DNA of 64,000 bases, taken from a virus (lineage: Duplodnaviria > Heunggongvirae > Uroviricota > Caudoviricetes). Under the pieces are notes generated by a model. The model was given only the letters and a program-made list of their open reading frames with translations, made no database searches and had not been told where the DNA came from. The stretch lies in the IMG/VR virus record IMGVR_UViG_3300035210_000190. One strand, given 5' to 3'. Shown one piece after another: positions 55,334 to 64,000 of this stretch (position 1 is the first letter of the stretch; every line of letters begins with the position of its first letter). The position numbers and the translations under genes are program-made.

Positions 55334-55651
55334 ATGACTACCCATCAGGCTCAAGTTTCTCAGTTTACTCGTGACCAATACCTCAATGGCAAATGCTCGC
55401 CTTCCGAATACTATGCACAGTTCATCACTCCAACGGGTGTCGCGTTGGTTGAACGTAGCCCCATCTTTCAAACGCTGAAAAACTCCGAAGTCAAAAAAAT
55501 CACCGATCTCCCTTTGCTGGGTTGGAATGGCATCGGTTCCGCTTCGGACGCTTGCCGGTTGCTGAATGAACTTGGCGATCACTGGTCGTTGGCGACATCG
55601 GTAGTCATTAATAAAACAATTGCCGCTCATCTGCTGGGGATTCGGTCGTAG
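55334..55651 (+). CDS. hypothetical protein, paralogue of 50007
   Basis: See 50007. Confidence 0.8.
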   Translation: MTTHQAQVSQFTRDQYLNGKCSPSEYYAQFITPTGVALVERSPIFQTLKNSEVKKITDLPLLGWNGIGSASDACRLLNELGDHWSLATSVVINKTIAAHLLGIRS

Positions 55652-55718
55652 TTTTCTTTTTCTTGCCTTATCATGCGTTTAGCAGTATAATACGTTATCA
55701 CTTAAAGGAGCTTCCACT

Positions 55719-55949
55719 ATGTATCTTGCTAACATGACTATCTTGAATGGTGTTGCATCGGAAGCTGGCCGTGCTCCTGATGTTGAGTTGAACATCTATA
55801 AAAATGACAAAGACGAACTCGAAGTTATTGAGTTCATCACCCGCGATGGTAGCGGCCTTGGTAACAATCCACAAATCCTGATCCCGATTGCAGAGATCGA
55901 TAACGTGATTGCCATGTTGCAACAAGTAAAAGCCCAACAATCCGCATAA
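55719..55949 (+). CDS. hypothetical protein
   Basis: AAGGAG SD. Confidence 0.8.
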   Translation: MYLANMTILNGVASEAGRAPDVELNIYKNDKDELEVIEFITRDGSGLGNNPQILIPIAEIDNVIAMLQQVKAQQSA

Positions 55950-55959
55950 GGAATACATC

Positions 55960-56109
55960 GTGTATAACCTTGCTAATTTTCACGCCTACAACAATGAAAC
56001 CTTGAAGCCTGCCACTCAGGTTCTGTTGTGGTCACGGGCAACTGGCTACTTCTTTACGACTGCCAGCGAAGTCTCTGGTCAACTGGTGGTTATCGCTGTT
56101 GGTGCATAA
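55960..56109 (+). CDS. hypothetical protein (49 aa, GTG start, not in ORF track)
   Basis: AAGGA SD overlapping upstream stop. Confidence 0.55.
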   Translation: MYNLANFHAYNNETLKPATQVLLWSRATGYFFTTASEVSGQLVVIAVGA

Positions 56110-56183
56110 CCTCTTATCGGTTGGAGCTTGATTATTTTCGATGTTTTTGATATAATCATGCTCTAACTCACAGAGGTATTCAC

Positions 56184-56459
56184 ATGTCCACAGCAGAAAA
56201 TCAACCCCATATTGACATTGACCAAGTTATTCTTGATTTTCATGCGAGTCATGTTGACTGCACGTTTCTGCAAGTCATTCCAGAAGCCAAAATGTCTCAA
56301 AAAACTCAGGCTCTCTTGGATAAAGTCTTGGCCGATCCCAAGTTTGGCAACTTCTTGCACTCGGGCGAAAAATCCATCGGTTTCAATGCTTTTAAAGAAG
56401 CTTCTACCATTTTCAAACAAGCTTTTGAACGCACCCAAAATAGTCGAGGGAACCACTAA
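56184..56459 (+). CDS. hypothetical protein
   Basis: GAGGT SD. Confidence 0.75.
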   Translation: MSTAENQPHIDIDQVILDFHASHVDCTFLQVIPEAKMSQKTQALLDKVLADPKFGNFLHSGEKSIGFNAFKEASTIFKQAFERTQNSRGNH

Positions 56460-56614
56460 TGTTCGGATTTCAATTTTTCCATTTTGACATCTATAAATTC
56501 AATGGAGATCTTCATTTCAACCAGAAATGGCGACCAACAATTGACCCGAAAGAAACTGAAAAGAAACAACGCCTTTCGTATCAACGCCTGACCGGCACCT
56601 ACAAACCTTACTAA
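56459..56614 (+). CDS. hypothetical protein (51 aa, not in ORF track)
   Basis: TAATG overlap with upstream stop; GAGGG SD. Confidence 0.6.
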   Translation: MFGFQFFHFDIYKFNGDLHFNQKWRPTIDPKETEKKQRLSYQRLTGTYKPY

Positions 56615-56692
56615 ATTTTACATTTTTCGATTGCCAGTCTAATAGGAAACTGTTACACTGGCTTTCTGTTTTATAGTCTAGGTGTTTTTGTT

Positions 56693-57724
56693 ATGATACT
56701 CATTCCTGAAAACTTGAATTCAAAAGGTTTGACCCGACTGACATCCAATGTCCGTTCATTGATTGGACGTGTTAAACGCTATTACCCAAACCTCACGTTT
56801 GATATTCTTGAAAAGGAAGTCATTGCACGTCTTAAAACCAATCAGATTAATGAACATTCCTACTGTGAATTGACCGGATTGAAATTTAACGATATGGGAA
56901 CTGTGTTTCTCATTCCCGTTAACCCTTATACCGCCGATATTGTTTCTATTAATCAAGTGCTAATTGTTCATCAACAAACCGTTAACTTTTGGTTTGAACT
57001 TCATAAAATCATGAAAGAATCACCCGATTTTATAGCGGTAGGCGATACAAAGGCTCAACTCAGGTTGATTCACGACACCCTTCGTGCTAAATCCAAGACC
57101 ACCAGCCTGTCACCAGAAGTCGTTGATCTGTCTTTGCTGATTGAACGTTCTTCGCAGACGCCTGAGCGTATCATTAATCTTAAAAATCGGTTGGCTGACC
57201 CTTTGCAACCCCGTCCGGTACTTCCAGTTTTTAAAGCGTCGGATTTTGTTCGTAAAGCATCGTTCTATTCAGACCGGGCCATTCTTCGCAAAATTGAAAT
57301 GTGCAAAGAGCGTTCCAAAAGCAAGGGTTTTACCAGCGATCTCACTTTTGAGAACTCTAAGCACCTGTTTAACGTCACTCACTGTCAATTGACTGGTTTG
57401 CCGTTAGTTAAAGCCACTAAAACACAGGAAGACAATCCATTTGGTTTCTCGATTGACCGGATCAATCGTTTCGAAGGTTATAATGTATCCAATCTGTTGA
57501 TTGTGGCTCATGAAGTCAATAAGATAAAATCCAAACTGGAATGGTCGAATTACACAGAAAGTGTTGAGAACCTTCGTGAGATCTTGACGCAAGCCAAAGA
57601 AATGATGTTGAAGCGTCACGCCCACGACAATCTGCATAATCGCAAGCAGCCTTTGCCGATTGACACCATTATCGAAAACTATCTTGCAAAAGATGAGAAC
57701 CATAAAAAGTTCATTTTCGGCTAA
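56693..57724 (+). CDS. protein with HNH-like (His-Me finger) nuclease domain and a degenerate N-terminal repeat
   Basis: C.LTGLP...SIDRI....GY..SNL.IV...VN..K near C-terminus; YCELTGL near N-terminus. Confidence 0.65.
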   Translation: MILIPENLNSKGLTRLTSNVRSLIGRVKRYYPNLTFDILEKEVIARLKTNQINEHSYCELTGLKFNDMGTVFLIPVNPYTADIVSINQVLIVHQQTVNFWFELHKIMKESPDFIAVGDTKAQLRLIHDTLRAKSKTTSLSPEVVDLSLLIERSSQTPERIINLKNRLADPLQPRPVLPVFKASDFVRKASFYSDRAILRKIEMCKERSKSKGFTSDLTFENSKHLFNVTHCQLTGLPLVKATKTQEDNPFGFSIDRINRFEGYNVSNLLIVAHEVNKIKSKLEWSNYTESVENLREILTQAKEMMLKRHAHDNLHNRKQPLPIDTIIENYLAKDENHKKFIFG

Positions 57725-57789
57725 AACTTATTTTTGGTGAACAGTGATTGCTAGTAGAATAGGAAACTGTTATACTAGCCTTCTAATTT

Positions 57790-58266
57790 ATGGAGAACAC
57801 ATCAATGGGTAATTTCTCTTTTATTTCCAAAAATGAAAAACAAGCTGTCCTGAACCCTTGGAAAGCTCGCACCTTGTGTGAACTGCAGCTCATCTCTGGT
57901 GGTGCAGTCGTTGAAGTCATGCGTGGCGTTTACAGTGGTTATGGGGCTGTTGACGTGAATGATGACTTTCAACATGTCGTGCTGGTAGACGGTGTTTGGA
58001 AGGATATCACGGCAGAAACAAAAGTGAAATCGACATCTTGTGATGGTGATCTGTGGGTCACAAAATCGTGGGATGAAATCAATGATACCTTCTACGATAG
58101 TTCTGTTAATGGTATCGCCGCTTGGCACCTGCCATCGCTGACAGATCGCGTCCCCTTCGCTACTGAAAAAAGCGACATGGATAAATATCAAGGGGATGAT
58201 GGTCATGATGACGATGGTAATGATTGGGATGAACATGATGATGATGAGAGCGGCAACTGGCGTTAA
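57790..58266 (+). CDS. hypothetical protein with acidic tail
   Basis: VMRGVYSGYG; D/E-rich C-terminus; true start may be 57805. Confidence 0.8.
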   Translation: MENTSMGNFSFISKNEKQAVLNPWKARTLCELQLISGGAVVEVMRGVYSGYGAVDVNDDFQHVVLVDGVWKDITAETKVKSTSCDGDLWVTKSWDEINDTFYDSSVNGIAAWHLPSLTDRVPFATEKSDMDKYQGDDGHDDDGNDWDEHDDDESGNWR

Positions 58267-58339
58267 TCATTTTTAAGTTTTAATCTTGTGGAAGCTTTCC
58301 TTTTGTGATAGAATGACCTCACAAATTTGGAGAGTTTCC

Positions 58340-58696
58340 ATGAACAATAAAACCACTCCTTTTCAGCTTGTGTCCATGATTAAAAGCTTTGGCGGTTCCA
58401 ATTCCAAGTTTACTGCAGCTCTTGACTCATCGTCAGAAAAACATTGCAGACAAATCAAAAAGAAAAACATCCAAATCATTGACGATTGTGTCAAAGAAGA
58501 AGCAGTCTTTAATCTTCTTCTTGATCGCATGACATCCACACCTACTGGCTTTTCGCTGGTCATCGGTCGTAATGAGAAAAATATACTCGACCGTGCGTTC
58601 AAACAATTTCGTGAATCCATGTTGAATAAGCCAGACTGCGATATTGCAGTTTATGACAACGCTTATCAGCAATTGTTGATGACCATTAGCGAATAA
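58340..58696 (+). CDS. hypothetical protein
   Basis: GGAG SD. Confidence 0.75.
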   Translation: MNNKTTPFQLVSMIKSFGGSNSKFTAALDSSSEKHCRQIKKKNIQIIDDCVKEEAVFNLLLDRMTSTPTGFSLVIGRNEKNILDRAFKQFRESMLNKPDCDIAVYDNAYQQLLMTISE

Positions 58697-58806
58697 TCTT
58701 TCTTTTATAATTAAGACCTCATTATTGAGGTTTTTGTTGCTGCAGTTTTAAAACCTTGATATAATCAGCCCATCAAACCATTCATTTGTGATAGGTGGTA
58801 CCTTTT

Positions 58807-59277
58807 ATGCATTACATCAGAAAGAACCTACTTTTCATTTTTCTTTTTTTTGTGGGCAGCGTCATTATTTCGTATGGCGTTAAGCTGTATAATTTTGGGG
58901 TTGATTATGAGGAAAAATCAACTCGAAACATCACGCTTGTGGATACCAGTAGCACAACCTACAAGCAGAAACAAAATACTTTTTACAATACAACTGGGTT
59001 CTTTCTAGATGATTTAACCGGCAAGCGTTTTCGACTTGCTATTCAAGACAAGGTTTATCGTGAATTTGAAGCTGGTGGTAATAAACCTATTCCGATGCAA
59101 AAGGAACTCAGCCAAGAAAACCTTGATAACAATGTTCATGGGGCTATCTGGAAATTGCTGGGTGTTTTGATGTTTATTGTGGGTAGCCTGTTTGTTATTT
59201 GGGTGTTGATTAGTAAATTTTTTGAATATAAAGAAAAGTGGCTTAATTTTGTTAAGTTCGGTAATCAAAACGAATAA
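58807..59277 (+). CDS. two-TM membrane protein with beta-rich loop
   Basis: TM-soluble-TM layout like 23709. Confidence 0.75.
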   Translation: MHYIRKNLLFIFLFFVGSVIISYGVKLYNFGVDYEEKSTRNITLVDTSSTTYKQKQNTFYNTTGFFLDDLTGKRFRLAIQDKVYREFEAGGNKPIPMQKELSQENLDNNVHGAIWKLLGVLMFIVGSLFVIWVLISKFFEYKEKWLNFVKFGNQNE

Positions 59278-59317
59278 CGCTTGCAGATCTATCTGTTTGT
59301 TGATAAAATACTGTCTT

Positions 59318-59368
59318 CGAAGCGGCAAAGGGCGAGCATCCAAATAAGCCTTTCCTTTTGTTTCTGCT
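59318..59368 (+). ncRNA. structured 5' leader motif, copy 1
   Basis: Starts just after TTGCAG-17-TAAAAT promoter; AGCGG/CTGCT and CAAAGGG/CCTTTTG stems; second copy at 61002. Confidence 0.65.
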
Positions 59369-59387
59369 CATTTCTTGGACAACTATC

Positions 59388-60110
59388 ATGAACGAAGAAT
59401 CCTATGCCGAAGAAAGAAAAAAACACCCTTCCTTTGGTCTTGAAGATTATTTCGTTGAAAAATTCACTAACGATCAATTCGAGTACGGCTCCAATCAGTT
59501 TGGCGTTTGTCGCTACCCGTTAGATTCTAATGGTCAACGGATTGTTGCTGTTCGGGAAGAATGCCCGCACACATTGGGATTAGATCGTGCTTCATTTCAT
59601 GAATCTGAAACCATTCTGTTGATCACTGCTCATAAAGCTGATACACCCAACTCACTTTATTTTAGATTTAATCATGAGATTGTCGATATCTATTCAAATC
59701 ATTTCGATGATTTGGATTGTGACAATATCAAGGCTTTTGTTAGTCGTATTAATCAGCATAGGGAATTAACCAACCAAGTTTTTTCTTTTAATAAATTTGA
59801 TAAACATGCTGATTTCAATGTGTTGTTTAGTTTTAAATATGATCATAATGTCAAGCGTATTTCTCAGGTTGCAACGGGGTCTTTTAAACCTGCAGCAAAC
59901 CAGAATAAGGTTTCATTTACTGCCACCAATAACACATTGACGACTATGGCTAGCTTGCGAAAACTGGATATGGAATTTTTCAATCGCTACTATAAACACA
60001 AAATACAGGAAGCTATGCCAAACCTGAGTTTCGATGAACTTCATTCGTTGATTGACCTGTCAAAATGGAGCGACAATTTAAAATCGCTTGTAAAGATGGC
60101 ATTCTATTGA
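59388..60110 (+). CDS. hypothetical protein
   Basis: 240-aa ORF downstream of leader motif copy 1. Confidence 0.8.
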   Translation: MNEESYAEERKKHPSFGLEDYFVEKFTNDQFEYGSNQFGVCRYPLDSNGQRIVAVREECPHTLGLDRASFHESETILLITAHKADTPNSLYFRFNHEIVDIYSNHFDDLDCDNIKAFVSRINQHRELTNQVFSFNKFDKHADFNVLFSFKYDHNVKRISQVATGSFKPAANQNKVSFTATNNTLTTMASLRKLDMEFFNRYYKHKIQEAMPNLSFDELHSLIDLSKWSDNLKSLVKMAFY

Positions 60111-60148
60111 TACAATAACCTCAACAACAAACACCCGAGGAAAAATAA

Positions 60149-60547
60149 ATGAATCACATTCAAAAATTTAACCGTGCTCTGTTGAAAGCCATTGCTGCCA
60201 AAAAAATCGTTGTTGCTGACCGTAACAGTGGTGCTATACGTGAAGCTGTTGTCAAGTTCAGCTTTTCCCATGATGGTGTGACCCACTTCTATGCCATGTC
60301 GTCTGAGCGGACGGCTCCCGGTCTGGAACTGTTGGGCTATGATGCACCTCACAAGCTTTCTCTGGTCGCTTACAATGCATCCTTCACCAGTGGTGCTCAT
60401 ACTGACTTGCCAGAAGGTGTTGATGCTTCGGCTATCAAATACATCGAAGCTTGCTCGGTTGTCTCCGAAGAAGACGCTGCCAAGGCCCGTGAAATCTTGG
60501 TGGAAGCGGTCAACCGCTTCAACGTTGAAATGTGCTTGCCACACTAA
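60149..60547 (+). CDS. hypothetical protein
   Basis: GAGGA SD. Confidence 0.8.
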   Translation: MNHIQKFNRALLKAIAAKKIVVADRNSGAIREAVVKFSFSHDGVTHFYAMSSERTAPGLELLGYDAPHKLSLVAYNASFTSGAHTDLPEGVDASAIKYIEACSVVSEEDAAKAREILVEAVNRFNVEMCLPH

Positions 60548-60678
60548 AACATCCACCTTTAACACTGGGGCTTCGGCCCCTTTTTTTTGTTTTTAAAATA
60601 AGTGCTTGATCATAAAACTCGTTTTTGTTATAATTGCCCCATCAAACAAACTGCAGTTCTCAATCTTTGAGGTTTTTC

Positions 60679-60954
60679 ATGAAAGTTATTATTGCTGGCA
60701 ATGTGTCTCATGAAATCAAAGTAACTCGTATCAAGCCAAAGCTGTGGGGTGTGCGTTGCTTTACTAATGGCACACTCAATCAAGAAATCCAAGTTCAATG
60801 CAAACAGGATATCGGGGTTGCAGCGGCTGATATGCTTCGCATGGAAGATAAGTGCGGTAATCACTCTGAGCAAGCCACCGCCAGCCGTGACCGTTTTAAC
60901 AAAGGTCCAAAATGGCGAGCATACAAACGCCCGTCTAAAAAAATCGTGGTCTAA
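60679..60954 (+). CDS. small basic protein
   Basis: GAGG SD. Confidence 0.75.
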   Translation: MKVIIAGNVSHEIKVTRIKPKLWGVRCFTNGTLNQEIQVQCKQDIGVAAADMLRMEDKCGNHSEQATASRDRFNKGPKWRAYKRPSKKIVV

Positions 60955-61001
60955 TTCAAAAAAGCTTGTTTTGGGTTGAGTATTTTAGTATAATCACCCA
61001 T

Positions 61002-61049
61002 CGAAGCAGCAAGGGCGAGCATTCCAGTAAGCCTTTCCCTTGCATCTGC
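61002..61049 (+). ncRNA. structured 5' leader motif, copy 2
   Basis: Starts just after TATAAT at 60989; GCAG/CTGC and CAAGGG/CCCTTG stems, same loop sequence. Confidence 0.65.
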
Positions 61050-61073
61050 AAAACTCAGCGAATGGAATGATTT

Positions 61074-61622
61074 ATGAACAATCAAAAGAAAGAATCTCCC
61101 AATCAGTTCCGTAAGCGTTTCAAAAACTATCAAGGTCACTATGTCCGTGTTGTGGATATTGATCTGGAACAGGTTGAAAAACTCGTCACCAATCATTATG
61201 TCGCTTCTGGCATTAGCTGGAATGAAGTGGATATTGCTGTTGATTTTTTCAATAAACAGCTCAAATCATTCATTTATAAAAACATGAATGAACCCAAGCA
61301 TCAGAAAGCGTCTATCAAATCCTTGGATTTTTGGATCTACTATGTTCCAAACGGCAATGGTCAAGCAGTAGTCACCGTTCAAACTGAAACCATTAAAGAT
61401 TTCTTGAAACCTGATTTATATTATGTTGGCATGGCTTATCCTGAATATGGGGATGAACGAGAAGCTGTTTTGAAACTGGCTACTGACAGCTTTGACCGCA
61501 GCTATGCAGATGCCGCTAAGTTCGTTGACGCTGATCGGCTTCATGAGGAAAACGAAGCATTGAAACGCCGGGTTGCTTGGCTTGAAAAGCAGCTTGTCGG
61601 CATTGATTTTAAAAATATTTGA
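61074..61622 (+). CDS. hypothetical protein with C-terminal coiled coil
   Basis: 182-aa ORF downstream of leader motif copy 2. Confidence 0.8.
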   Translation: MNNQKKESPNQFRKRFKNYQGHYVRVVDIDLEQVEKLVTNHYVASGISWNEVDIAVDFFNKQLKSFIYKNMNEPKHQKASIKSLDFWIYYVPNGNGQAVVTVQTETIKDFLKPDLYYVGMAYPEYGDEREAVLKLATDSFDRSYADAAKFVDADRLHEENEALKRRVAWLEKQLVGIDFKNI

Positions 61623-61696
61623 AATAGTGGTTGCCTATAAATCTGTTTTTTGGTAAAATTATCCCATCAAAACAGAAACCCAAAAGGGAAAACGTC

Positions 61697-62149
61697 ATGG
61701 AAAGCATCCTCAAACTCGAAGTCGGCAAAACCTACGCTACCCCTTCGATTTGCGATTCTTCTTACATGGTTACTGCTACCATCGTTAGTCGCACCGCCAA
61801 GCGTGTGACCTTCCGTATGAAAGGTGAAAGCAAGACTGTCACCAAGGGGATTTTCATTTACGATGGTAAAGAGTGTTTTTACCCTCGCGGTCAATACAGC
61901 ATGTGCCCAACCCTTCGTGCTGATGACGGCGTTGAAGAAAAGGTTGCGACCACTGACCCGATTGAATCCAAGGTGCTGTTTGAAAATGGTGAAACTCTAG
62001 CCGACCTGTTCCGTGAAGGTGCTGAGCTTTTCTCCCAAGAACAAATGGACGCCATCAAAATGGGCTTGGCTGAAGTCCTGATGGACGAAGCTTTCAAACC
62101 TGCCAAACCAATGGCAAAAATCTACAACATGGCCGATTACCGCCGTTAA
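61697..62149 (+). CDS. hypothetical protein
   Basis: AAGGGA SD after CATCAAAAC leader. Confidence 0.8.
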   Translation: MESILKLEVGKTYATPSICDSSYMVTATIVSRTAKRVTFRMKGESKTVTKGIFIYDGKECFYPRGQYSMCPTLRADDGVEEKVATTDPIESKVLFENGETLADLFREGAELFSQEQMDAIKMGLAEVLMDEAFKPAKPMAKIYNMADYRR

Positions 62150-62232
62150 TTCGGTGTTTTTACCGAAAAATCTTGTTTTTGTTTGGGTGGTTTGTTATAA
62201 TCACCCTACTCACTTCTTCCAAGGCGAACATC

Positions 62233-62703
62233 ATGAACAACGAACATAACTTTGAAACTGACACCAAACTTTTTCAGATTCGTTTTCACAATGTCTATAT
62301 GGGTGAGGTCTGGGCTGCAGATTCTTCTTCTGCACTTACGAAAGCACAGAGTCTTTATCCAGAAGCTCCTAAACATCTTTTTGAAATGAAGTTTGTTGCA
62401 AACCTCTACCCTGTTCAAAAACTGACCATCAACGATATTCGTGCGGCTCTGGATGCCCGTCAAGTGCCTTATCAAGATCCCGGTAGTGATGAACACCAGT
62501 TAATCTTGCGTGGCACTGCTGACATCATCGAAGGTGGCTATGGTCACGGTGAAGACCGCTGGGAACTCTATATTCGGGCTACCGAAGGAAAAGAAAGCCA
62601 ATCGTTCATGTTTAAAGATGTCGCAGAGTTGTCGGCTCATCTGGACGCTGCTTATGTTCAGCAGCCTTATGATGAATGGAGTGCTCAACCGCTTTCCGCT
62701 TAA
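62233..62703 (+). CDS. hypothetical protein
   Basis: AAGG SD, TGTTATAAT promoter. Confidence 0.8.
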   Translation: MNNEHNFETDTKLFQIRFHNVYMGEVWAADSSSALTKAQSLYPEAPKHLFEMKFVANLYPVQKLTINDIRAALDARQVPYQDPGSDEHQLILRGTADIIEGGYGHGEDRWELYIRATEGKESQSFMFKDVAELSAHLDAAYVQQPYDEWSAQPLSA

Positions 62704-62813
62704 ATCAATCCATTTCCCAACTTACCCGCCTAGTGCGGGTTTTTTTATTAACAAAATATTGTATTTATGACTTGCATCCTGTATAATTTGGCTGAATTAT
62801 GAGGTGAATTATT

Positions 62814-63200
62814 ATGTCCGAAATCAATACCAAAAACATTGTTGAACTGGAAGAAGCTTTTTATCGTGTGATGTCAAAATGGAACTTAGGTGTCTTAAAT
62901 GGCATTGTAGGTTCACGTTTGAAGCTTGAAGACAGTTTGCCTTGGTTTGAAGTCTATGGTCAATTGCCGAAGGCTAAAGCAAAGGATATCGTTCAGGATT
63001 TGGCAACTGAAATGAACATTAAAGTCTTGCTCAACCGTTCAGAATCGCGTTCTGGTGAGTTGACTGTTTATGGTGTCTTCGATGTGAACCCAGAATTTCT
63101 GGATGAGTTTGGGAATGACGTTCCTTTGCCTGCTTATTCTGATAATCCTGATACGGCTGAATTTATGGCCGACTATGGTAAGGTTTTTAATCCAAAATAA
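62814..63200 (+). CDS. hypothetical protein
   Basis: GAGGTGA SD. Confidence 0.8.
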   Translation: MSEINTKNIVELEEAFYRVMSKWNLGVLNGIVGSRLKLEDSLPWFEVYGQLPKAKAKDIVQDLATEMNIKVLLNRSESRSGELTVYGVFDVNPEFLDEFGNDVPLPAYSDNPDTAEFMADYGKVFNPK

Positions 63201-63290
63201 ATGAAATAAAATGTTGTTTTTGTTGGTGTGGCTTGGTATACTTATCCCATCAAAACGAAACAACATAAACCCAAGGTTAGGAGATACAAC

Positions 63291-63425
63291 ATGCAAGGTT
63301 CTTTCGGTGACGCACAAGAACGTTTTCGCGGCGGCAAGAAAAAAGACAATGAACAAGCGAAGTTCAATAAAAAAGACAACGAGTTTCGCAATCGTCGTCG
63401 CAACCGTCACCAAGACGCAGATTAA
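63291..63425 (+). CDS. 44-aa basic peptide, MQGS family copy 4
   Basis: MQGSFGDAQERFRGGKKKDNEQAKFNKKDNEFRNRRRNRHQDAD; AGGAG SD; TATACT and CATCAAAACGAAAC leader. Confidence 0.9.
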   Translation: MQGSFGDAQERFRGGKKKDNEQAKFNKKDNEFRNRRRNRHQDAD

Positions 63426-63559
63426 TCTCTGTTAAAAAAGAAGGCATCCGAAAGGGTGCCTTTTTTGTTGCATTTGAATTTATCCTACAATATTTATTGA
63501 CCAAAAAACTTTTTTTTGTTATAATTACTCCAACAAAACAAACCTCACAGGGCATCGCC

Positions 63560-63808
63560 ATGACAGCAAACATTACCAACTTCATTTTTAAAGGTGCCGA
63601 CTATTTCATTGCCATGCTGGATCATGGTGGTGTTCGCATTGGTCTGGTGTCTGTCTACGCAACTGATTTTCCTGCAGATCATGAAATGTTCGAAAAAGTC
63701 GTTGCTTGTGGTGAAGCAGGCAATGAAGAAGCCATTGAATCCCTCTCTGATGAGATTTACTCCATTCACTTGCAGGGCGGCGACTGCCGAGTTTTGGTTG
63801 CGGCCTAA
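63560..63808 (+). CDS. hypothetical protein
   Basis: Co-oriented ORF after TGTTATAAT promoter. Confidence 0.75.
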   Translation: MTANITNFIFKGADYFIAMLDHGGVRIGLVSVYATDFPADHEMFEKVVACGEAGNEEAIESLSDEIYSIHLQGGDCRVLVAA

Positions 63809-63965
63809 AAAGACACTTGCGTAAAATCGTATTTTTTGAATGGACTTCGGTCCATTTTTTTTTAAATAAATTTTAGCATTGTAAAAATACTTCTTGACCA
63901 TAAATGTGTTTTTTGATATTATAGACACATCAAAACGAAGCAACCAACCTTCTCGGAGATACACC

Positions 63966-64000
63966 ATGACTCAAGTTACCGCTCTCGAACGTGCTGTTAT
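63966..64000 (+). CDS. 5' end of a paralogue of 10223 (cut by window edge)
   Basis: MTQVTALERAV versus MTKVTALETAV; near-identical promoter and leader. Confidence 0.8.
   Translation, partial: MTQVTALERAV

Noticed and set aside
59318-61049. c-di-GMP-I, fluoride or guanidine riboswitch for the duplicated leader
   Set aside because: By eye it lacks the GNRA/receptor second hairpin, the fluoride consensus and ACGR loops; an Rfam search is still needed.
1-64000. Stop-codon reassignment as in some large phages
   Set aside because: Recognisable genes (tdk, kptA, tnpB, Nudix) are intact in the standard code, TAG and TGA both end genes, and no suppressor tRNA is present.

Overview
This window looks like an AT-rich accessory (early-type) region of a very large bacteriophage or phage-like element. 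That assignment is an inference: there are no virion, polymerase or terminase genes here. About 135 mostly small, co-oriented plus-strand genes sit in repeated cassettes of sigma70-like promoter (often followed by CATCAAAACGA), 1-3 genes, and a cUUCGg intrinsic terminator. Recognisable products are: a stand-alone TnpB with IS607-like ends, thymidine kinase, RNA 2'-phosphotransferase (KptA/Tpt1), a NudF-like Nudix hydrolase, a SleB-type cell-wall hydrolase, a YkgJ-family protein, GNAT and SAM-methyltransferase folds, a SLOG-family protein, a cyclic-phosphate-processing receiver domain, a lipoprotein serine protease, an HNH-like nuclease, four pilin-like proteins and two tRNA-Leu genes (CAA, UAA). 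The most unusual signal is a translation-linked cluster at 30.6-32.9 kb. tRNA-Leu(CAA) is followed by a 167-nt RNA with a complete acceptor stem, T-arm and encoded CCA but no anticodon arm. It encloses a tmRNA-like frame (ANIKDRGCGGRVKMK, double stop) and two AUG-AAA-UAG minigenes. tRNA-Leu(UAA) is preceded by one of four paralogous 43-44 aa basic peptides and followed by two matched strong-SD three-codon minigenes (MQH, MQF). Also seen are a stand-alone multi-hairpin sRNA and a duplicated structured 5' leader with compensatory changes. All functional calls come from motif recognition by eye; no searches or folding programs were run, and many starts were moved to the nearest SD-supported ATG.
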